Positions 56,826 to 64,000 of a stretch of 64,000 nucleotides of DNA are shown here, one piece after another. Under the pieces are notes generated by a model. The model saw only the letters and a list, made by a program, of their open reading frames with translations. It had not been told where the DNA came from and did no database searches. The position numbers were made by a program, and so were the translations under genes. Location: the sequence record OP557969.1, one strand, 5' to 3'. Source of the stretch: Escherichia phage ph0011. Numbering within the stretch: the first letter of the stretch is position 1; each line of letters starts with the position of its first letter.

Positions 56826-57245
56826 ATGATTAGATTAATTCAGTACTTAATCATTAAATTTTTTGGCTGTCATACAATTGAAGGAAAAGCTTCACTTGCA
56901 CATAAAATTTTTGTAGCATTGTGTACAGGTGATTATGACGTATTGAATAAGTACTGTAAATCTCAAGCATGTATTGATATAATGGCACTTCGTATCTATG
57001 AGTGTCAATTCAATAGATATAATTTTTACCAGTACAGATATGATAAACAAGAATTTGATAGTTTTGAAATGTTAAAAAATTTATGCAACAATAAAAAGAA
57101 TATGCATATATCTGAATTTGTTGCTTTGTATTTTTATTTAAAAAGTTCATTGTTCATAACCACGAGTCAACTTTTTGATACTAGATTTAATGCATTCAAA
57201 GGTAAAGAATTTTACATATATGATAAATTCTTAGATAAGGTTTAA
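56826..57245 (+). CDS. hypothetical protein
   Basis: 139-aa ORF. Confidence 0.45.
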   Translation: MIRLIQYLIIKFFGCHTIEGKASLAHKIFVALCTGDYDVLNKYCKSQACIDIMALRIYECQFNRYNFYQYRYDKQEFDSFEMLKNLCNNKKNMHISEFVALYFYLKSSLFITTSQLFDTRFNAFKGKEFYIYDKFLDKV

Positions 57246-57246
57246 T

Positions 57247-57744
57247 ATGACAACAGTTTACATTGATAAACGATTAAATTTATTGATTACTGATTCTAGA
57301 GTTACATTAACCATACCACGAAACTTATTTGGTATTTTCCCACTAAAACCAAAATATCAATATGGAGTTGTTAATCAAAAAACTTTATATGTACATGACC
57401 GTTTATTCAGTGCTAGTGGGGCAATAAGTGAAATTGATAAAGTACTGAATTGGTTAATTAACAAAGAACCTGTTATACCGCATAAAAAACTAGGTTGTCA
57501 TTGTGTTCTACTATCCAAAGATTATATCATTCACATGAATATATCTAATGGTAAGTTCACTAAGAAACTTCAATATCTTCATAAAGACTATACTTTCTTT
57601 ATGGGAAGTGGTGGAGAGTATATGGTAGATGCAGCAATACATGAAGACACTACGACTTTATGTAATAAAGTTTTTAGTACATTCATGGACGTTCATAACC
57701 ATGATTCTTTTACCGATAGCAATATTAATGTGTATAAATTTTAA
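57247..57744 (+). CDS. hypothetical protein
   Basis: 165-aa ORF. Confidence 0.45.
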   Translation: MTTVYIDKRLNLLITDSRVTLTIPRNLFGIFPLKPKYQYGVVNQKTLYVHDRLFSASGAISEIDKVLNWLINKEPVIPHKKLGCHCVLLSKDYIIHMNISNGKFTKKLQYLHKDYTFFMGSGGEYMVDAAIHEDTTTLCNKVFSTFMDVHNHDSFTDSNINVYKF

Positions 57745-57765
57745 TTTCGTCAATAGGAGAAGTAG

Positions 57766-58731
57766 GTGAAAAAACTTGATTTGAATACAATTGCAGATGA
57801 AGTTCTGGATGAATGCTTTGGTAATGAAGAAGTGAATACGCTGGATGCGTTAGAACCAGTTCAAGAAAAAGATAACATTGACGAGAAAAATAATGGTAAT
57901 TTCAAGTTTAATATTAGTCTTAAGCGACCAGCAAATGTAACAAATGAAGATATTATTCGTGATATTCAAGCAGGTATTAACGTAAAGAAAAATACTGAAC
58001 TATTAGTTCGTTATAATTACGGCTTGATTATTGATGTTGCAAGTAAATGCACGTGTTATATTCCATTTGAAGATAAGATTTCATATGGTATCGAGGGATT
58101 CATGCGAGCATTAAAAACATTTGACCTTAGTAAGAATGTAAAGTTCGCTACGTATGCATCGTCAAGTATCTATATGACTGTATACAATGAAAGTTCAGAT
58201 GCTAATCATCTGGTCCATTTCCCTCGTTACATGAGTGTTAATAAGATACAAGTGAAACGCTTCTGTCATAATTATGAGCGTCAGCATGGTTGCCGTCCTA
58301 CACCAGAAATTATTTCTGAAGAGACTGGTATTGAAATCCAGCACGTTAAGAATTGTTTATTATTCCAAAGTGAATATACTTCACTGGATGCACCATTGGA
58401 TGGTGTTTCTGATGGGACGATGAGTGATATTCTGCATTCATCTGAAGGTGATTATAATCTTAATGTTGACAGTATTCGTGCACCGTTGCGTTATACCATC
58501 AACGAACTAACTAATGAGTTGAGTGCTAAGGAATGTGAGATTATTCAACGTGTTCATGGGTTAGGTGAATTTAATCCTGAAACACTACGTGAAATTGCTG
58601 ATAGTGGTTTTATCGATGACAACGGTAAGTGTGTAAAATCCAGATCTTCGGTTCATCGTAAATACAGTGATGCTCTTAAGAAACTCAAGAAATTAGTGCT
58701 TGCTAAAGGGTACGAATACGAAGATTTCTAA
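57766..58731 (+). CDS. sigma-70 family RNA polymerase sigma factor
   Basis: 321 aa; GTG start with AGGAGA RBS; region-2-like YGLIIDVA...ISYGIEGFMRALKTFD...KFATYASSSI and C-terminal HTH-like region; followed by terminator. Confidence 0.65.
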   Translation: MKKLDLNTIADEVLDECFGNEEVNTLDALEPVQEKDNIDEKNNGNFKFNISLKRPANVTNEDIIRDIQAGINVKKNTELLVRYNYGLIIDVASKCTCYIPFEDKISYGIEGFMRALKTFDLSKNVKFATYASSSIYMTVYNESSDANHLVHFPRYMSVNKIQVKRFCHNYERQHGCRPTPEIISEETGIEIQHVKNCLLFQSEYTSLDAPLDGVSDGTMSDILHSSEGDYNLNVDSIRAPLRYTINELTNELSAKECEIIQRVHGLGEFNPETLREIADSGFIDDNGKCVKSRSSVHRKYSDALKKLKKLVLAKGYEYEDF

Positions 58732-58738
58732 ATTGTAA

Positions 58739-58765
58739 AGGTTGGCATATGCCAACCTTTTTTAT
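58739..58765 (+). terminator. rho-independent terminator
   Basis: AGGTTGGCATATGCCAACCT + TTTTTA after sigma-factor gene. Confidence 0.75.
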
Positions 58766-58769
58766 TGGG

Positions 58770-59410
58770 ACAAAGCATAAATATATGATATAATAATTAT
58801 GTACAATCCTGTTGAATGCAGAAATGCATATAAATTAGAACCTGATCCTATCGAAAACGTAGATGGCAGATGAGCAGTTCAGCAGTGCGATGAGCAGAAG
58901 AAACCCGTCAGAAGTGGGCATAGTTTGAACCCCTCACGGCAATGCGGCTCAATAAAGAACTCCGATAAGCATACAGAGAGTTCCTAGATAGACATATAAG
59001 GAATCACACCTTACCAGATTTGCTAAGGGAGTCTTGAAATAAGACAGCTTGAACTTTGATTGTATAGAGTTTCAAGTGAGTGCTGGGATGAAAAGACCAG
59101 TGACCGTTGCATATGACCGTGATAGGGAGAAACAGAGCAACCCGCTTCCGTTTGTGATTGATCATTTTTACAATATAGATCCGTCCAAAATTCACGATAC
59201 AATAATATCCGATGCCATCAGCGTCAAGAAGAGACTTAATTGTCTCTTTTTTATTACTTTCATTCCCCTGTGGGGGATGAAATAGTCCTCAACAAATCCC
59301 GTCAAGTATTAAAAGTCCTAGACAGTTATGAAACATTCGCGTATAATACGTAGTATTAGAAGCGAACAGACATCTCGAAGAGATGGATGATTAACTATTA
59401 AGGAATATCC
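58770..59410 (+). ncRNA. GC-rich non-coding island, candidate structured RNA
   Basis: ~640 nt without a convincing ORF (track ORFs on both strands conflict, TTG start); locally GC-rich by eye; several stable hairpins. Confidence 0.3.
59229..59253 (+). terminator. terminator-like hairpin within non-coding island
   Basis: AGAGACTTAATTGTCTCT + TTTTTATT; followed by second hairpin TTCATTCCCCTGTGGGGGATGAA. Confidence 0.5.
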
Positions 59411-59411
59411 A

Positions 59412-59621
59412 ATGAATTCAATCATATTTTTAGTAGTAGCTTTTTCTGTTAATTCCGGTGTACAAATAACCCCAATGAATTCCATGAATCAATGTATAGC
59501 AGTTCGTGATAGTACATACGAACAAGTAAACAAAAATATTAGAATGACAGTTAGTAAAGAACAAATGTGGTGTTACAATAGTAATACTAACGCAAAGCTT
59601 ATTGTAGGACAAACTCAATGA
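59412..59621 (+). CDS. small secreted hypothetical protein
   Basis: 69 aa; N-terminal hydrophobic signal-like segment. Confidence 0.4.
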   Translation: MNSIIFLVVAFSVNSGVQITPMNSMNQCIAVRDSTYEQVNKNIRMTVSKEQMWCYNSNTNAKLIVGQTQ

Positions 59622-59848
59622 GTTATGGTGTTCGTTTTGAGATTCGCTCTATTGTTATTAATGATAATAAGAAAGCATCGTTAGATAGTGACATACGTGA
59701 AATTTATCTATCATGTATCCGTGCAAAATCTGAAGCAGATGCATTAGCACAAATGTATATTTTTAACTTTTCAAACGGATTTAATTTGGAACGAGTTATT
59801 GAAGTGAAAAAAGTACTTATAGGTTGTAGCATAGAAGGAATCGTGTAA
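59618..59848 (+). CDS. hypothetical protein
   Basis: 76-aa ORF, ATGA overlap. Confidence 0.4.
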   Translation: MSYGVRFEIRSIVINDNKKASLDSDIREIYLSCIRAKSEADALAQMYIFNFSNGFNLERVIEVKKVLIGCSIEGIV

Positions 59849-59849
59849 A

Positions 59850-60638
59850 ATGTGCACTATAGATGAATTAATTAGACGGAATTCAAAATACTACAAACCA
59901 TCAGAAATTGTAGGCAACATTACTAAATCAGAGTTCGGACCAAATACACGAAAACTCATTCATGTAATGTTACGTGATGGCTTTAAATGTGATTGTTGTG
60001 GTGAATCCAATGTGGTATTCACTTTACATAAGCACAGTACTAAAGAACGTTATAAATTCAGACCTTATGTACTTAAAGGGAAACGCCTTGTACGCATGAC
60101 GTTAGACCATAATGTACTGGACTGTCTTCAGGGTGGTAATGACAAAGAAAACATGACTGCACTGTGTGAGGATTGCAATGCATTACGCCAGCATAAATTT
60201 GCTGAGTACAGTGAGTTTAAGTTCTGGTATCATAACGCAGATCGTTCCATTGAACCTGACGTTAACTACTGCTTTATTGAGTACATTAAGAATGCAAAAG
60301 ATACATACATTCTTAAATCAATGTCACCTATTACAGTGTTTCCTGAGAATCTATTCACTACATTAAAGAATAGTTTTATGGTAGGTGATATTGATGCATT
60401 CAAGTATTTTGACAAAGGTGCAAAACATTTTGAAGTTCAATGTCTTAGTACTGCACTATGTGAACTTATTAAAATTTACATAAAAGATTATTTGGGTATT
60501 GACAATGTACGCGTACCAGAGTATACTTTTTCTATTGATTTCGATTGTGAATCAATCAAAGAGTTTGGGATTCTTTTCAATAAACAAATAGAACTTGCAA
60601 TTCAAAACGAAATCAAGTACTATAATACTAACATTTAA
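59850..60638 (+). CDS. HNH-family endonuclease
   Basis: 262 aa; CDCCG...H...LDHNVLDCLQGGNDKENMTALCEDCNALRQH (HNH motif with Cys pairs). Confidence 0.6.
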   Translation: MCTIDELIRRNSKYYKPSEIVGNITKSEFGPNTRKLIHVMLRDGFKCDCCGESNVVFTLHKHSTKERYKFRPYVLKGKRLVRMTLDHNVLDCLQGGNDKENMTALCEDCNALRQHKFAEYSEFKFWYHNADRSIEPDVNYCFIEYIKNAKDTYILKSMSPITVFPENLFTTLKNSFMVGDIDAFKYFDKGAKHFEVQCLSTALCELIKIYIKDYLGIDNVRVPEYTFSIDFDCESIKEFGILFNKQIELAIQNEIKYYNTNI

Positions 60639-60653
60639 TCAGAGGAAATTATT

Positions 60654-60836
60654 ATGCAAATCATCATTCTTATCGTAGGTATCATTCTTGGTGTATATGG
60701 TCACTCCTGGATGAACGAGAAGTTCCCTAATACCCGTCCTGAGTATTGCAGTACGAATGTATACCAGAATGGTGAGAAACCAAAGGAAAGTATTGGTAAA
60801 AAGCTGGACAAAGTACTTGACGTTATCAACGAATAA
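60654..60836 (+). CDS. small membrane protein
   Basis: 60 aa; N-terminal TM. Confidence 0.4.
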   Translation: MQIIILIVGIILGVYGHSWMNEKFPNTRPEYCSTNVYQNGEKPKESIGKKLDKVLDVINE

Positions 60837-60845
60837 GGGTAAAGT

Positions 60846-61046
60846 ATGTTTAAATCAAATACAAATGTTGGTAAGAAGGTTCAATTACTTGAGGATGTAT
60901 CCACCTTGAGTGGAATTTTCCCAAGAGGTCACATCATGACTATTATTGCCGAAACATCCCGTGGCTGGGATTTGGAAGATGCTGATGGTAATCGCATCCT
61001 TGAGGCTGGATTCTATGGTCATCGTGAATATAAAATCATTGATTAA
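60846..61046 (+). CDS. hypothetical protein
   Basis: 66-aa ORF. Confidence 0.4.
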   Translation: MFKSNTNVGKKVQLLEDVSTLSGIFPRGHIMTIIAETSRGWDLEDADGNRILEAGFYGHREYKIID

Positions 61047-61142
61047 GGATGCAACATGACTTTAGAAATTGTCTTTGGTATTCTTAGCTTAGTAGTCTGT
61101 GTGGGTTGGTTTGGGTATCTGATGATTTTTGGTGATTAATAC

Positions 61143-61170
61143 TTGACACAAGATATCAGTACTGTATAAT
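61143..61170 (+). promoter_or_regulatory. repeat-type promoter (copy 6, TTGACA variant)
   Basis: ACTTGACACAAGATATCAGTACTGTATAATGTTTATATC; shares TCAGTACTGTATAATGTTT core. Confidence 0.55.
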
Positions 61171-61263
61171 GTTTATATCAAAGGGAATGCAGTGAAAGGA
61201 AAGACAGCATAATCGTACTCGTCACTGTGTTCCTGTACTTTTAAATTAAATGAGGAATTAACT

Positions 61264-61572
61264 ATGTTTCAAACTAACACTCAAGGTTTTGTAATCATTG
61301 ATTTGAATCAAAACAGCGGTAATTGGATGAAACCTACTGACGCATGTATGCAGTTTGATTTCTTAGGTTACAGAATTAGTGTAAGTACTGGTGCTTCTGT
61401 ACTGAGTGGTGGTTGTATCGTCGAACATCTGGTAACTGATCCAGAAGGTCGTGAGTATGAAATTGCAGGTTCAGTACAAGATGCCATTATGTTTGTATGT
61501 CAGCGTGAAATGAATGGTTCGAATTCAAATGCACTGACTTATGCTCTTTCTCAAGAAGTGGAGATTCGTTAA
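61264..61572 (+). CDS. hypothetical protein
   Basis: 102-aa ORF downstream of repeat promoter. Confidence 0.5.
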   Translation: MFQTNTQGFVIIDLNQNSGNWMKPTDACMQFDFLGYRISVSTGASVLSGGCIVEHLVTDPEGREYEIAGSVQDAIMFVCQREMNGSNSNALTYALSQEVEIR

Positions 61573-61823
61573 TGAAATACATTGTAGCAGTACTCGTCGC
61601 ATTTTTACTCACTGCATGTGATGCTTCAACCAAAGAACGCACAAGTGATTTTATTCTCCCGACTGAATTAAAAGAAGCCGGATGTAAGATTTATCGTATG
61701 CAAAAGGACGGTGCTGATGTAACCTTGTATACAGTCTATTGCCCTAATGCAAATACCAGTACTGGATACACTAGCGGTAAAACACGAGTCAATACTTCAG
61801 TGATTAATGGAGCACAACAATGA
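61572..61823 (+). CDS. putative lipoprotein
   Basis: 83 aa; signal peptide plus lipobox LTAC. Confidence 0.5.
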   Translation: MKYIVAVLVAFLLTACDASTKERTSDFILPTELKEAGCKIYRMQKDGADVTLYTVYCPNANTSTGYTSGKTRVNTSVINGAQQ

Positions 61824-62188
61824 GCCTTGATACAACCCGTACATCAGATTTATTAACTCGTCTGAATGATGAAGAATATCTTGCTGAAATAAAGTACAAG
61901 CTTGATAAACTGGTTCGAAGTGCTGAAGTAATTGAAGTTGAAGGTCACTTACCAATGGATCAATTCCATACGTTCAACGAAGATATGGTTTATTATCCTA
62001 ATGAAATTTGGATTGAGTGGCAACATTGGACTGGTAAAACACTACGTATTGAAGGGTATTGTGTGAAGTATGAACGTGATCCTGGTTATGTGACAAAAAC
62101 TTTGTCAATTTGGTGTACAAAAACACATGAACTCGTTGAGGTGAATTTGAATTATATGAATGGCTTCCGTTGGGGTGATGTTCAATGA
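61820..62188 (+). CDS. hypothetical protein
   Basis: 122-aa ORF. Confidence 0.45.
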   Translation: MSLDTTRTSDLLTRLNDEEYLAEIKYKLDKLVRSAEVIEVEGHLPMDQFHTFNEDMVYYPNEIWIEWQHWTGKTLRIEGYCVKYERDPGYVTKTLSIWCTKTHELVEVNLNYMNGFRWGDVQ

Positions 62189-62460
62189 TTAAAAAACTAT
62201 TGACAGTTGTCTTTGTATTCTGTACAATGATTCTTACAGCATGTAATGATGACGGCAGGTTTAGTGCAAAAGACTTAGTTCGTCAGGATTGTACATTCAC
62301 AGGTAAGTCTTTTATTAACGAGTATGAAATATGTACACAATCAGGTCGTATCTGTGGTGGTTGGGAAAAACGTCAGGAGCGATTGTATGTATATGAATGC
62401 CCTGGACATCACAACAAAGTACTAAGCACACACAAACTTGTTTATGATAAGGTTGAATAA
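62185..62460 (+). CDS. putative lipoprotein
   Basis: 91 aa; signal peptide plus lipobox LTAC. Confidence 0.5.
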   Translation: MIKKLLTVVFVFCTMILTACNDDGRFSAKDLVRQDCTFTGKSFINEYEICTQSGRICGGWEKRQERLYVYECPGHHNKVLSTHKLVYDKVE

Positions 62461-62675
62461 TGACTACCAATGAAATGATGCAGGTTATTTGGGATAAAGG
62501 TTGTGATATTAAAATCACTAGTACTGATGTTCGTGTATTCAAAACTGAATATATGGAATACTTGGACCTTGATACTTATAATAATATTGTATCAATTGAA
62601 CACAAAGGTGCAGTACTTGAAACTATTGATGTGGTTCTGAAGAAAGCAACAGACCTATTAGGTGCGTCAGTGTGA
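62460..62675 (+). CDS. hypothetical protein
   Basis: 71-aa ORF. Confidence 0.4.
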   Translation: MTTNEMMQVIWDKGCDIKITSTDVRVFKTEYMEYLDLDTYNNIVSIEHKGAVLETIDVVLKKATDLLGASV

Positions 62676-62826
62676 ATAATAAAGAGTGGGAAGAATACCG
62701 AAAAAAATGCCGAGAGTTTGATAAAGAACTAACTGGTACTATTAATGCAGTAATGGGTGTATCTGTTTTTATTTCAGTTGTGTCATTATTTGCTGTTATT
62801 ATTAATAAATTTTTATAGGAAATCCC

Positions 62827-63024
62827 ATGTTTACTTTATATCTCGCAGTGGTTCTTACTAATGGTGAAATCACTCGTACTATTGGTGAAGGTGTATATAA
62901 AACGCCTGAGCAATGTTACTCTGCTACACATTGGCCTCGTGATAGTGATGATACTCGTACCGAATTCAAATGCATGAAAGTAAAAGGTGATTTTGTTAAC
63001 CTTAAAGTTATTGAGGCTAAATGA
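62827..63024 (+). CDS. hypothetical protein
   Basis: 65-aa ORF. Confidence 0.4.
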   Translation: MFTLYLAVVLTNGEITRTIGEGVYKTPEQCYSATHWPRDSDDTRTEFKCMKVKGDFVNLKVIEAK

Positions 63025-63539
63025 TGAATATTAATGAGTTGTTAATATTATTGTTTAATCGTGGAAATGATGTAAGACGTACTATATATCAAGACAAAAT
63101 ACACATTGAAACTGATAAATGCTATGGTAAAACAACTCATGAGATTTTAAAACCAAACGGTAAGCGATATGCCGACGTATGTTTTCATGAACGTAGTGAT
63201 GGTAGTGACATAATCAGTACTGATATTGTGTTTTATGCTAGGTCATCGGCAGAATCTTATGAAATCGAACTTGTATATTGCCCTAGTTCAAAAGCACACA
63301 ATAAGCGTCAGATATTATATGATGTTTATTCACCACCAGGTGTAGCTGAACATTTTGTTATCGATTACAGTACTGAAGAAAGTGTGTTTCAACAGAGTTT
63401 GATTCATAACTTCCAGTTGAACGATCCAAATGTACCAAAGATGTTCAATCTACTCGATGCAATTGATGTTGATTTTGAATTTGTTATGTGCATCAGAACT
63501 TCTTTAATCGATGAATTTATGGAACTACTTAATATATGA
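63021..63539 (+). CDS. FQ-motif family paralog (outlying copy)
   Basis: 172 aa; TEESVFQQSLIHNFQLNDPNVP. Confidence 0.5.
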   Translation: MMNINELLILLFNRGNDVRRTIYQDKIHIETDKCYGKTTHEILKPNGKRYADVCFHERSDGSDIISTDIVFYARSSAESYEIELVYCPSSKAHNKRQILYDVYSPPGVAEHFVIDYSTEESVFQQSLIHNFQLNDPNVPKMFNLLDAIDVDFEFVMCIRTSLIDEFMELLNI

Positions 63540-63757
63540 ATCGTTACTACATTGTTTATGAGCATGTATCTGAGTTTAATAATATACGTGGATATAAGAA
63601 AGAAGTTCAGAAGATTGATGTATTTGTACGTGCTTTAAATCCTACTCATGCACTAATGAAACTTTTTGATGAAGTAACTAAGTACAACACACCGAAAACA
63701 CAACGCTATGTTGAAACTGTACATTGTGTAATGCTTACTGAATATGATGGAGAATGA
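63536..63757 (+). CDS. hypothetical protein
   Basis: 73-aa ORF. Confidence 0.4.
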   Translation: MNRYYIVYEHVSEFNNIRGYKKEVQKIDVFVRALNPTHALMKLFDEVTKYNTPKTQRYVETVHCVMLTEYDGE

Positions 63758-63760
63758 CAA

Positions 63761-63979
63761 ATGAATTTATATCTTGTTGAAGGGTCAGTGCAAGTGTACA
63801 CCGTAGATGGTGAAGGTTATCGCTTTTCACATGTAGAAGATTTTAAGTACGTTGTACAAGCGGAAGGTCAGTATGACGCAGAAATTCAGGTTAAAGAATC
63901 ATTCCGTAATAAGAATGCAATTGGAAAATTCAAATACCAGAACTTACAATTCATTGTATGGCCCAGCATTAATGACTAA
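63761..63979 (+). CDS. hypothetical protein
   Basis: 72-aa ORF. Confidence 0.4.
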   Translation: MNLYLVEGSVQVYTVDGEGYRFSHVEDFKYVVQAEGQYDAEIQVKESFRNKNAIGKFKYQNLQFIVWPSIND

Positions 63980-64000
63980 GATGTGGTGGTGTCATGGTGT

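Noticed and set aside
59004-59285. Two overlapping ORFs on opposite strands (59004-59195 minus; 59049-59285 plus)
   Set aside because: Mutually exclusive, the plus-strand one begins at a TTG codon without an RBS, and the region has atypical composition; not annotated as CDS.

Overview
AT-rich 64-kb segment of a large T4-related myovirus genome; every gene I can support is on the + strand, tightly packed with frequent ATGA/4-nt start-stop overlaps. Recognisable early/replication genes: RNase HI (5'-truncated at the window edge), Dda-like helicase, fused topoisomerase II subunits (gp39/gp60-like and gp52-like), GroES-like gp31, clamp-loader gp44-like, DexA-like exonuclease. Unusual cargo: a translation initiation factor IF-3 homolog, a sigma-70-family protein, a C5-cytosine methyltransferase split by a LAGLIDADG intein at its catalytic PCQ motif, two HNH endonucleases, and at least 7 tRNA genes in two blocks (43.6-48.0 kb). 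The most striking feature is an expanded family of at least 22 small paralogous proteins (27-51 kb, one more at 63 kb) that share a C-terminal [ST]-E-E-x-[FY]-F-Q-x-S-[TL]-[IV] motif, plus a second family of 5-6 MTHEEW mini-proteins. The accessory region also carries a repeated sigma-70-like promoter (TTGACT-N8-TCAGTACTG-TATAAT), TGTGATATAAT extended -10 promoters, many rho-independent terminators, and two or three non-coding islands that may encode structured RNAs. All calls are by eye from the sequence and ORF track; tRNA, promoter and terminator coordinates are approximate (a few nt), and no database search was run.
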